The translations under genes and the position numbers were made by a program. From Gnetum montanum (Eukaryota; Plantae; Gnetophyta): DNA of 64,000 nt. The notes beneath the pieces are model-generated. The model was not told where the DNA came from. It searched no databases and worked only from the letters and a program-made list of their open reading frames with translations. Below, piece after piece: positions 27,201-39,221 of this stretch; positions within the stretch are counted from its first letter, which is position 1, and each line of letters begins with the position of its first letter. The stretch spans positions 20,700 to 84,699 of the forward strand of contig MNCI01001533.1 of assembly GCA_015680685.1 (NCBI GenBank), given 5' to 3'.

Positions 27201-29487
27201 TGCAAAAGATTTGGTCAATCAAGAGCACATATATTAAGGCATGCAATCAGTGTGCATAAGAAATTAACGTTCAAATGTGTCTATATGCAACAACCACAAA
27301 GCAGGAGGGCACCCAATGACTAATAGCTGACTCAGATAGTAGCACACTATGCATCGAGCAAACTAAGAGCCTAACATGTGCATATGTTGAATGCATGGAC
27401 AAAATTGAACAATTTCATTCCGAACTCTCTAATGAAGATGATGATAACTATTGGAGAGAGTTGGAAATCCTTGATTACTTCAAGCATGAGCCCTTAGAAC
27501 TAAAAACTTTACTAGTCGAAATGGAGTATGAATTTTTAAAGAATGGTAAATTGATCATAATTAATGCCAAACTTGCTCCTAAACAAAAAGAAAAATTATT
27601 GAAAGTGGTGAATAAATGTTCAATAGCCTTTTCTTGGTCATATCTAGAGATAACAAGAATTAATCTAAGGACATGCTAGCATCACATCTACATTGACCTA
27701 GCCATGAAGCCTAGAAGGTAGCTACAGAGGTGGCTAAATCCCAAATTGAAGAAAATCATCAAGGAGGAAATCAAATAACTTCTCAAGGAAGGGTTGATCT
27801 ATCACATCATAAATAGTGAGTGGGTTAACCCACTTGTAATTATACCAAAGAAGGATGGAAAATGGTGGGTTTGCATCAACTTTAGGCTGTTGAATATGGC
27901 AACATTTCAAGATCATTTTCCTTTGTCATTTATGGATCAAGTGTTAGACACCATATCTGAGCATTGTTATTATAGTTTCTTCGATGGTTATAGTGGCTAT
28001 AACCAAATCCAGATTGCACTAGAAGATCAGGCCAAGACAACATTCATAAGTCTCTAGGGAACTTTTGCATATTGTAAGATGTCATTTGGTTTGTGCAATG
28101 CCCCTACAACATTTCAACACTTGGTCCTTAGAATCTTTCAATAATAGATTAGTAGTGGTGTTAAAGTCTTCATGGATGACTTCTCCACCTATGGAGCTAC
28201 ATTCAAGCAAGCCTTGGACTGCCTAGAGAAAGTATTCAAGAGATGTGTTGAGACAAAATTTTGGCTCAATTGGCAAAAGAGACATCTCATGGTCCAAGAA
28301 GGCATTATGCTAGGAGACTAAATTTCACAAAACGGAATTAAGGTTGACCCAAAAAATATAAGGGTCATCCAAGAAATAACACACCAACTAGAGACTATTA
28401 AAGATGTTTGGTCATTCCTTGGACACACTAGCTACTATTAATGATACATAGAGAATTTCTATAAGATTGCAAAGCCATTGGTAGAGCTTATAAAGAAATA
28501 TGCACCATTCAGCTGGACTCAGAGATGTGAAAACACATTCCAAAAATTAAAGAAGAAACTCATAGAAACACCAATCCTACAAGCACCATACTGGTCTAGA
28601 CCTTTTCACATCATGACAAATGCATCTAACTATGCCTTAGGAGCAATACTCACATAGATGGATGATAAGAAATGTCCATACTACATCCACTATGCCAACC
28701 GAAGCATTTTGAAAGCATAGTTAAACTATATTACCATGGAGAAAGAATTAATGGCAGTGGTGTGTGCTCTAGAAAAGTTTAAGCACTATGTGCTTAGTTA
28801 CAAAGTATTTGTGCATACAGACCATAGTGCAATCTGCTTCCTCATGAACAAGCCAACATTGAGCCCTTGTGTTAGTGATCTTGCAAGAATTCGATCTTAC
28901 AATGGTAGATTGAAAAGGGACCAAGAATGTGATCACTGACCACCTCTCTCACTTATGAAGGGATAATAAAGAGGAGGAGAGCCTACTCTCTAATCAAGTT
29001 TTAGATGAACTCCTCTTTACAGGAGTAATAAGTGAACAAATTCCTGCAAAAATAATATGGTATAATGGCATCTTCACCTACCTTCTCACTCAAGAGATGC
29101 CATAAGACTTGGATTTTAGGAAGAAGCAATAATTTCTTCATCAAGCCAACTACTACATGAAAATCAATAAATATCTTTATAAGGTGTGTGCCAATGGCCT
29201 AATCCATTGGTGTGTCCCTAATGAAGATCAACTGTGAGTTTTCCAGGATGCTCATGAAGGGCCTTGCAAAGGCCACTATGTAGGAAGATGCACAGCCATA
29301 AAAATCATGATGATAGGATACTACTGGGCTACAATCTTTAGGGATGTTAAACAGTTCATCAAGTCTTGTGAACGTTGTCAATGAGATGGGGGAATGACAA
29401 ATCACATGGAAGGTCCTCAATAGTGGATTCACCATCGAAGCCTTTTGAGATATGGGGCATTAATTTCATGGGTCCCATCACACCCAT
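24236..29487 (+). pseudogene. Decayed Gypsy gag-PR-RT-RNaseH-integrase (Athila-like)
   Basis: gag KLKLFPKTLIREAKSW (~25230); protease LLDSSSRVNLI (~26830); RT SFFDGYSGYNQIQIALEDQAKTTF and VFMDDF (27790-28190); RNase H EKELMAVVCALEKFKHY (28736); integrase H..GH..CERCQ and WGINFMGP. Cut at 29488. Confidence 0.92.
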
Positions 29488-30648
29488 TGAAACACCACAA
29501 AATTCGGAGCTTAGTACTTGTCCAACATCAAGCAGGTCCCTAGGACCCCCAGATGACAACAGTTACGTCGGGTGTCAAACATGGCAACTTCAGAGGTCAG
29601 ATGCTCAATTTTCACTAAGTATGCAATTCCAGAGTATACGCCCAAGTGTACGTTCACAGCGTACACGCCCAGCGTATACATCCAGCATACATGCCCAGCG
29701 TACACGCCTCACATGTACGCTCAGCAGGTACAACAGATGCATACGCCCGACATGAAACCTCCAAAGACGACATGAAAATAGTACTACAGAGCGAGATTTG
29801 GCACAAGGCAATAATCATCAGTGTATACGCCCGGCGTATACGCCCAGCATTCATCAGCGTATACGCCCAGCATCTACAGCATCTCCACCCGAGTTCACAT
29901 ACGCCCAGCGTATACGCCTGCCTGATATAGTATATACACCCAAGGTATATGCCTACCTGATACAGCGTATACGCCTGCCTGATGTAATATATTGTATATT
30001 TGTAAATCGTATGAACCCGGTCAACGCGCCACGTGTCTCCTAACCCGAGTCTAGCGTAAGAACCGGTATAAAAGCCCCAATTTCCCACTTGAACGAGGTG
30101 GCTGGAAAAATCCGAAATCATACCAAAGAGCAATTACGCTGAGGACTAGAGCACAAAAGCCTCTTACGCTGGACAACCCTGTACGCTGAGCATACAGTCT
30201 CTACGCTGTGCTTACAGTGTGATCCAGCCGTAGTCGTCCTTGCATCCACCGGGGCTTTCGTCTGCCTTGTGTTCCACTCACAACTGCGTTTGACCAGTGC
30301 ATTGTACTTTCATTCTGTAATGCCATTGTTACATTTTCTTCCTACAATCGTTTACAGTTTGCATTAATTGTTGTACGTATTCTGTTTACGTTTACGCTCC
30401 GCTTGCATTGGTTACATTGTTTATGCTCCGTTTATGCCCGCTACGCCGTTTACGTATAACCCAGCGTGTAGCACTTTAGTGTACGTTCAGAGAAATTCTT
30501 GTCTGATCCGCGTGCGGACCACCCAAGGTACTCTACCTTCGTTCATTCCAAATTGCCCTCAGGCGAAGGTAGGGTCTTCTGTGCGCGTCCTGCGATCCCA
30601 CGGCCTCTGTTTCCTTCCAGCCAGAGATCGACAATTTCGGGTGGTACA
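29488..30648 (+). mobile_element. 5' LTR of a younger, CpG-rich Tat-like element inserted into the Athila-like integrase
   Basis: TGAAACACC...GGTACA; abrupt composition change; TATA-like tataaaag at ~30067; CGTATACG motif array; PBS follows. Confidence 0.85.
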
Positions 30649-30653
30649 GAAAT

Positions 30654-30670
30654 TGGCGCTAGAAGGAGGG
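30654..30670 (+). promoter_or_regulatory. Primer binding site, Tat-type
   Basis: TGGCGCTAGAAGGAGGG 5 bp after the LTR end. Confidence 0.85.
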
Positions 30671-31246
30671 CCTCCACCTAAAACCTTACCTTCACACTCC
30701 CCAGCGTCTACGCTGATTAGCGTTTGCGCTGCCCTGTTCCAAACTCACTCTCTGCAAGTTCTCCAACGTCTACGCTGCCAACCCCACGTGGACTCTGTCC
30801 ACAGAAACCCCAGCGACTACGCTGCTATACGCACGCTACACATTTTACACTGTAGATTTTCCTTACGCCGCACATTTTACGCTACGTTGTTGTCCATTTA
30901 CGCTGTACGCTCTTTACGCTGTAAACCTCATCTACGCAGTACACCAACTTCATCCCTGCTATTCTGTCTATGCCGCACTCTTTGCACCATCATTCTGTTT
31001 ACGCTGCCATACGTTATACCGCATTCTATACGCTGTAACCCTGTTTTACCTTCCACCCTGACAATGTATACCCTGTCTAGCGTATACGCTGTACTCCCTA
31101 CGCCGTAGACTTGTCTACGCCGACCCTATACGTTGTGCCCATATACGCTGTATACGCTGTCCTTTTACGCCGACAATCATACGTTGTACGCTGTACTTAC
31201 ACTAATTTCATGTCCTTACACCGTGTCACACCCTCAACAGATCATC

Positions 31247-34200
31247 ATGAACCCTGTAAACACCACTGCTGCAAACGCTCAAGTCACTGACGTCGTGGGC
31301 ACCATGGCTGTCCACCAGCCCGCGGCACAACCCACAGTGGGACCCCTCCGGTCCCTAAGGTTGCAAGGGAGGAACCCAACCTCCAACATTATAACCCAAG
31401 ACCAGTACAACTTCATATGTGTGAAGCTACAAGCTGGTCTGGCAGTAGATCGAACCGAAATGGAGGTGAAGAGGCAGTTCGAACTCTTCTACAGGGGGGG
31501 ACGCGAGTTCACCCCCTCTCCGTACGATATAATCCCTGTTCCAGAACAGTACTCAGAGCTTGTTACACAACTCCTCCTGCAAAGGAGCCAGCCGTTGGAT
31601 CAGCCTGCGGTAGATCTCCAACCTAAAGAGGAGGACGAGTTCACAGCCCAATCAGAACACACGGACTCCTATCACACCCTCAGTCCACAAAACCATGTCA
31701 ACCCCATTTTTCATCCAGACACAGGGGAAGTCATGCCCCTCCAACCCCTCAGACTCACACACGCACAAATGCCTCCACCGGAAACATCCTCATTTGCTCA
31801 TGTTCCACCTCCGACTGACCCGCACCTTCGCGCCTTGAGTGATAGGGATGCCACCGATGCAGCAGCTAGCCCATCCTCACAAGCACCACCCCCACACAAT
31901 AACATGGGAGCAACCTTCGCGCCTTGAGTGATAGGGATGCCACATGTCATACCAACATCCATGTCTGCCCACTACATTCCCCACATCCAAACACATGGGG
32001 CCCCTTCTACTGCTGTAACCCAACAGGGGGTCCCTCCACAAAACGTAGCTGGACAATGGGCAGCGATGGGCGCTCAACCACAACAACACCAACCTCCTCA
32101 CTACAACATACCACCCCATACGGTTCAACCAGCCAACATTCCCCCAGTACAGCTGCAACCATAGCAATAACAGCCTTTCCCCTATAACGTGCCATCCCTA
32201 ATGCCACCTCCTATAAACGTGCCACAAGCACAACCCCCGACCGCACAACTTTCAGCTTTTCAACCTACCGTCCAACACTCTAACTTGTACAATATACCAC
32301 AACCTCAAGCTGCCATGTCACCAAGTGCCCGAGACTGGGCAGACGCCAAAAAACTAATGTAAGAACTTACTGACGAGGTAAAGCGCCTTAAAACAACTGC
32401 CGACGGAGAACTGAAGGTAGTGGATTTCTACCATGATGACCCCATCAGCCCTTCCGTCCTGCCTCTAACATTGCCCAAAGGCATACCATTGCCGACACTA
32501 ACTAAGTATAACGGGGAGATGGACCCCAATGCACATCTCATAACATTTAGGTTAGAATGCGCGTTACTCCAGGCATCGCCCCATGCCATCTTGCGAGTGT
32601 TCCCTATGTCCCTTGTCGGGAGAGCACTCGATTGGTACCGGGCCTTGCCGAGGAACTCTATATTCTCCTTGGAAGAGTTGTTATACCAGTTTGTGACCAA
32701 GTTAAACAAGCACCGCTTGAACCTGTACAGAAATTCATTCAGAGGTGGAGTGCTGCTCTTAACGAGCTACATGAGCCAATCTCCCAAACATACCTGCTTA
32801 CTATTCTAAAAGGGGCCGTTAATGACTTTTTTAAATCCAAGTTGTACTACCTTAACGCGCGTAACCTCAACCAAGCTTTTGTACAGATCAAAAACATAGG
32901 AGAGGTGGCTCAAAACAACCACGACCCTGCATACTTAGCCTTTAAAAATCAACACACTAAAAAAGACAAAGAGAAGGCTAAAACAACTATAGCAGTGATA
33001 GCATGAGCGCAACAAGCAAACATGGCACATCAAAATAAACTGCCTGTACTCCTTACTAACTATAATAAACCTAGTCCCACAACTGCGCCGGAATCATCAT
33101 CATCGCAGAACCCAACAACGAACCGTACGTGAAATTTCGAGAGAAAAGAACCCTCTCAATATACGGCTCTGCCAATGAAGCCATCCCAGCTCTTCGATCA
33201 ACTCTTGAAAGCTGGGTTAATGAAACATAAACAGTTATCCCCCGCAGCCATCCAGAGACATGATCGGTTCTGTCAACTCGTTCAGAACCCAAGCTTAGCA
33301 ACGCCGGATGAGCCTCCAGTGCCCAAAGGCTCTAGAATGGATCGCTTCTGCGATTATCATCAACGCAACGGGCACGGCATGGATTACTGTTTCATCTTAA
33401 AACAAGACATACAGCGGATGATCGATGATGGCCAAATCACCTTTGACAAGGCCAACCCGATCCAACCGCAGAATCAAGCTATGGGGGTGTATAAAGACCC
33501 TCTGAACATCAAAGAGGCGCCGTACGTCATCAATATAATCTACCTTGATGATGATTCCGAGACACCCAACATTAACACCATCTACCCTGAGTGTACACAA
33601 CAAACATCTAACAGGCCGTTTATAGTTCACATCCCTGCTCCTGCATCCACATCCATGCCCCACAACGGCCATATGTTGTTCAGGTGCCTCCACCTATAGC
33701 GACGTCTAACACCATGACACGCGACAAACCATACGTGGTGCATGTCCCTCCCATCATTCCCTCAAATGCACCAATCCCTTCTACTCGGCCTGTCCCTTTC
33801 GTAGTCCGAGTACCACCAGCATTTGCAACAGCGGAGGTCCAACCTCCGCCAAAACCAACCCCGTATGTCATTAGGATACCCGAAAGTCCTAATGATTACC
33901 AAGCCTCCACCTCACAAATGCAAGGCGAACCTAGCCCCTACATCATTAGGGTACCCAGCCAGTCTTCTGACCAATCACATCCGACTGACCAACCGCAACT
34001 CCGCCCGGCTCCATATGTGGTAAGAATCCCCGGGCAACCCGAGGCTCCAAGACCAGCCCCACCTCCACGCCACACACGAGAATGCTTAGCAGATAGGCTT
34101 ACACATGAACGTGTGGAGAAGGAACGCCAACGGCTAGCTGTGGGGCCACCTAAGCCCACTCCACTTAACTTCGTACCCATGTCGTCACCTAACAACCCAC

Positions 34201-35580
34201 CGAACGCAGGCAACGAAAGTGAATCATCTAAAAAACATGAACCATCTAAAACGACGGCTCCGAGCAAAAATGACAAATCAACAAAACACGAAATAAAGTT
34301 GTTGGGCCCAATGGACCCAATCAACGTCGATAAAAACGTCCACAACAGTAGAGACTTCGCAACAGCTTTGACACAAGTCACCCAAGCATTGAAGCAAAAG
34401 AACACTTCACTAAGCTTGTATGACCTAGTTCTAACATCGCAAACACATCGTGAAGCTTTGGTACGTATGTTGACGTCGATCCTAGTAAGCGAGGACTTGC
34501 CTCNNNNNNNNNNNNNNNNNNNNNNNNNNNNNNNNNNNNNNNNNNNNNNNNNNNNNNNNNNNNNNNNNNNNNNNNNNNNNNNNNNNNNNNNNNNNNNNNN
34601 NNNNNNNNNNNNNNNNNNNNNNNNNNNNNNNNNNNNNNNNNNNNNNNNNNNNNNNNNNNNNNNNNNNNNNNNNNNNNNNNNNNNNNNNNNNNNNNNNNNN
34701 NNNNNNNNNNNNNNNNNNNNNNNNNNNNNNNNNNNNNNNNNNNNNNNNNNNNNNNNNNNNNNNGGTTAGTAGCACAACCCAACATGGCTATTCACACAAG
34801 GTACATTTGACTCATTAAAAAAAATTAAGGTCCCACTATAAGGCAATAATTAAACCTAGAACCCTTCACCTCAAAGATAATTGTCCTAACTACTTGTCCT
34901 ACACACTAAGATGCTAGTGCAATAGCAATTTACTTAACTGTCATGTAACAATTTCATTTTCAGTTTCATTATTTTTTTTTTCATCCCATAAAACATAACC
35001 AACCGGATAAATCTAAGATTACCATGTCATGTAACAATTTCATTTTCAGTTTCATTATTTTTTTTTCNGTTGTTGGGCCCAATGGACCCAATCAACGTCG
35101 ATAAAAACGTCCACAACAGTAGAGACTTCGCAACAGCTTTGACACAAGTCACCCAAGCATTGAAGCAAAAGAACACTTCACTAAGCTTGTATGACCTAGT
35201 TCTAACATCGCAAACACATCGTGAAGCTTTGGTACGTATGTTGACGTCGATCCTAGTAAGCGAGGACTTGCCTCTAAACTAACCCTCCATTCATGCGGTA
35301 ATGTACTCGCCTCACGGGACCACTCCTAAACCATTAAGCTTCCATAACGACAATATTAAGATAGACAAGAAAATAGGGGAGGTAACAACAGCCCCCATGT
35401 TCATAACGATACGCATGAACCAGTTCAAGATACATAGGGTCCACGTAGACGATGGAGCTGCTACGAACGTGGTACCATACCCAATCGTTGAACAACTAGG
35501 GCTGACGGAGTCAATCAAACCGACTGCAACTACGTGTTTAAAATCATTCAGCGGGTCACACGTGATGGTCAAAGGCACAT
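31247..35580 (+). pseudogene. Gypsy (Tat-like) gag + protease, lightly mutated, spans the assembly gap
   Basis: LTKYNGEMDPNAHLITF..RVFPMSLVGRALDWY (gag), FCDYHQRNGHGMDYC (zinc knuckle), HRVHVDDGAATNVVP (protease). A few stops and frameshifts; truncated near 35580. Confidence 0.9.
34504..34763. other. Assembly gap (260 N)
   Basis: Run of N; a further single N at 35068. Confidence 1.
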
Positions 35581-35815
35581 TCAAAGAAAAACAAGGAACA
35601 AAGAAAGATGCTCTCAAAGAAAACAGGTGCTGCCCCCTCTGGCTTGAGAAACCCGTCCTCTGCGCCTCCAGATCCGCGTCTCCAGACTGCCTCTCCAGAC
35701 TGCCCTCCTTCTAGTGCCAAAAAGGTGTTGATGCGTAAATTTTGGACACGCGAACACCTGTGAAAACTCGTTTTAGGAGACTATGGCACCTAATGGTTCC
35801 TATTGACGCAATAAC
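35581..35815 (-). mobile_element. Fragment of another Tat-like element: LTR 3' end + PBS on the minus strand
   Basis: Reverse complement reads ...catcaaca cctttt TGGCACTAGAAGGAGGG (PBS 35703-35719, LTR edge 35726). Confidence 0.7.
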
Positions 35816-36003
35816 CTATTCTTATAAGGTTAGTAGCACAACCCAACATGGCTATTCACACAAGGTACATTTGACTCATTAAAAAAAATTAAGGTCCCAC
35901 TATAAGGCAATAATTAAACCTAGAACCCTTCACCTCAAAGATAATTGTCCTAACTACTTGTCCTACACACTAAGATGCTAGTGCAATAGCAATTTACTTA
36001 ACT

Positions 36004-36261
36004 GTCATGTAACAATTTCATTTTCAGTTTCATTATTTTTTTTTTCATCCCATAAAACATAACCAACCGGATAAATCTAAGATTACCATGTCATGTAACA
36101 ATTTCATTTTCAGTTTCATTATTTTTTTTTTCATCCCATAAAACATAACCAACCGGATAAATCTAAGATTACCATGTCATGTAACAATTTCATTTTCAGT
36201 TTCATTATTTTTTTTTTCATCCCATAAAACATAACCAACCGGATAAATCTAAGATTACCAT
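36004..36261 (+). repeat. Tandem repeat, three copies of ~85-86 bp
   Basis: tgtcatgtaacaatttc...aagattacca starts at 36004, 36089 and 36175; copies appear to differ only in poly-T length. Confidence 0.95.
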
Positions 36262-36311
36262 GACGTCTGATTCTTATTGTTAGGATATGGGTTTTTGTGG
36301 ACTCTGCTGCA

Positions 36312-36764
36312 AATGATGACCAATGGTGTGTACAAAAGCCTTCAACACGGAGCCGTGCCAAATAAGGAAAAAGAGAGAATCTCTGCAGCCACCTTTTGTT
36401 TTTGCCTGCACCAGGTCAACACGTACAGCTTGCACACAAACTTCTCGATCCGGCAAATCCAAACATCCAGAGGATTACCATGACGTCTGATTCTTAATGT
36501 TAAGATATGGGTTTTTGTGGACTGTCCTGTACAAAAGCATTGAACACAGAGCCATTACAAATAAGGAAAAAGATGGAATTCTGCAGCCACTTTTTTTTTG
36601 CCTGCACCAGGTCAACACGTACAGCCTGCACACAATCTTTTGGATCCGGCAAATCCAAGCATCTACAGAAAAATTGCAGAGGACTACTTTCATACGTATT
36701 TGTCGAAGCGTCTAGAGGGGAAAAAGGCTCCTGTGATTATCTCACCAGCACCCGCATCAATTGA
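36312..36764 (+). pseudogene. Two tandem relics of a 2OG-Fe(II) dioxygenase last exon
   Basis: MTNGVYKSLQHGAVPNKEKERISAATFC and YKSIEHRAITNKEK...NPSIYRKIAEDYFHTYLSKRLEGKKA match exon 4 of the gene at 42256-42507. Frameshifted; ~220-bp duplication unit (36253 vs 36472). Confidence 0.85.
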
Positions 36765-36834
36765 TCACAAATTCTGCCATTTGCTTTGGCTGCATCCTCA
36801 GATTGTCCAAATATGTACGGTTGCACTTTTAATT

Positions 36835-36893
36835 CTCTGGATGGTCATGTGCACTGCATTTCGTCTGGATGGTCATGTGCACTGCATTTCGTC
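36835..36893 (+). repeat. 28-bp tandem duplication
   Basis: tctggatggtcatgtgcactgcatttcg x2. Confidence 0.9.
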
Positions 36894-37439
36894 TAAAGTC
36901 ACATTCCTTTCCCTTTCCTCTCCTCTGAAGTGACGTGTGGATGTCTTAGTGCTCTTCATGTTAGGACACTATGAATATGATAAAACCTCAAGGCCCTTGC
37001 AAAATAAAAATAAAAGGAACAATTAAATTTTATGTGTAAGATGGAAGACATTTTAATTATATACTGATAATTTTTTAGAATACTAAAGGATTATCATGAT
37101 GCTGGTTAAGGTTCTTAAATTTTAACCTTATTTGCATATAGTAAGCTTCTTATTACAATTGTTAGTAGTATGTGCCTTAGCACATGGCAATGGTAACAAT
37201 TATCAATGAGTGAGAATGCTCAATTATTGACAAATGTTAACATTGAAATTATTAATAGTTTAGTTATCATTATCTATAAAGCCGAGAAAATATCCAAAAC
37301 ATTAATGTCACCAAGCAAGGAAGAAGCATCAAAAAATCATGGTTGTATGAGACAAAATCATCATGTGTGGTTCTAAATTAGTGAAAATAAGTATTAATCA
37401 CTTCACTATCAACAACTAGAACCACTAACTAGATCTCCA

Positions 37440-38440
37440 AAGAAACCAAATATTTAGGATTGTCCACTTCATATCTATGGAAGAGAGCATGCAACACATC
37501 TAAATCTCTTAAGTTAAATATATACATCTAGGAGAACATCTATGATTCTATTTGAGGATAAGCAAATAAGCAAACAAACAACCCTATAGATATCATCTAT
37601 AGGAGGATGATGATGTATCTACAAGGGGGTATCTCATCCCTAGACCTTTCACGATTTGGTACAAGATTTGACACAACACTCCACCTAGACTATCCAATCC
37701 AAGCTACCTACATACATACGACCACCATAGAATCAAGTCCCATGTAGTTCTATAAGTGTTAAGGTATGATAAGAAGGAAAAAAGGGGATAAACATGGTGA
37801 GTTTCATTACTCTAACTATAACAACATTGCCTCAACTTTGTCTAGTACCTAAAGGAATTTCTTTATATCCAATGGATTCAGGGGCAGAAGATCTAGGGAC
37901 TATGCCTCCAAGCAAGTAGTACGTTCACTCCATATCTCTAGGAGGCAACATGTAGTGTATTTGAATCTCTTAAGTTAAATGTGCCTCTAGGAGAATATCT
38001 ATGACTTTGATCAAGGACAAGCAAACAAACAACCACGTAGACATCATTGATAGGAGGAGGATGATGTATCTATAGGGGTTACCTCAACCTGAGTTCCCTT
38101 ATGATCTAGTACAAAGTTCAATACATCATCATGCCTAGACTATCCAATCCATCTAATCTAGGCTACTAACATATCTATGGCCACTATAGAATCATGCCCC
38201 ATGTAGTTCTATAAGTATGAGGGTAGATGAGAAGGACAAAGAGAAGAAAATAGGATGAAGCCATGTTGTTCTAACTATATCAATATTGCCCCTAATTTAT
38301 ATGGCACCTAAAGGAATTCTCTTAGATCTAATTGATCTAGGGTGGAAGACTTGGGGACTACAACTCCAGGCAAGCAATGCTTCCACTTCATATCTTTGGA
38401 AGGGAACATGCAACATATCTAAATTTCTTAAGTCTATGCC
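37440..38440 (-). repeat. ~460-bp degenerate tandem repeat (about 2.2 units) derived from LTR sequence
   Basis: ccacttcatatct...aatctcttaagt recurs at ~37463, 37925 and 38383. The reverse complement resembles the LTR at 59490-59814. Confidence 0.7.
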
Positions 38441-39072
38441 TGCTATCTACTACCACTACTTGCTTTCCTTCTTTTGGAGGGTTCACTCCACTTTCACTTA
38501 CCTATTGCTACTACCAATTACTTACACTTACACTAGCTACTAAAACCAACCTACGATTGCTACCTATTGGCATCATTATAACGCTTGTTAACCAAATATT
38601 TTTCCTATACATTGTCATTATAATTTCTCTAAAAAAATATATAATAAAACAAATGAAATTGCTTAATAATTGAAACTTCAACATCTTATGCATACAATTT
38701 TTTATTCGTAAAGGTTGTAGCTAACCACCTCTAACTTGATATCTAGGATGGTTAACAATGGTAATAAATAGCATGTAAGTCAACCACATTGATGCATTAG
38801 AGTGGACATAGGTAAGGTTGAGTTCATGTATCAACATTGATGCAATTGTCATAAATACCTACCACATTTATGGCAATGTTTGGTCTAGAATGTAGTGAAG
38901 CTCTTATAATTTGTTTTCGTAGAAGTTAGAACAATTGACTAGTATTTATCATTTACATGAGTTATAATGGTTAAAATGTTCTTGAATATCTAAAACTTAA
39001 CTTGATAAACTTTTTTTGCATCATTATGTGTTTATGGTTTTTATTTTTTTTTATTTCTTTCCCCTTCTTTTA

Positions 39073-39215
39073 GATGATGAAAAATGGCAAATACAAGAGC
39101 ATTGAACACATGGCCATCACAAACAAAGATAAGGACAAAGTTTTTGTAGCAATGTTTTGTGCCCCTAATCCACATGAAACTGTTAAACCTGTTTTTGCCC
39201 TGGTTGACAACATGG
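39073..39215 (+). pseudogene. Third orphan 2OG-Fe(II) dioxygenase last-exon fragment
   Basis: Polypyrimidine tract + tag acceptor, then MMKNGKYKSIEHMAITNKDKDKVFVAMFCAPNPHETVKPVFALVDNM; cut by a LINE. Confidence 0.85.
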
Positions 39216-39221
39216 GTTAAT

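Noticed and set aside
29375-31108. Several overlapping ORFs up to 246 aa in the young LTR/leader
   Set aside because: By-products of GC-richer, motif-repetitive non-coding sequence (YA/RIR/TL repeats); no domain motifs.
34378-34785. ORFs containing long X runs
   Set aside because: Artefacts of translating the N-gap.
36004-36261. CRISPR or functional RNA array
   Set aside because: Plain head-to-tail tandem repeat without unique spacers; copy number may be an assembly effect.
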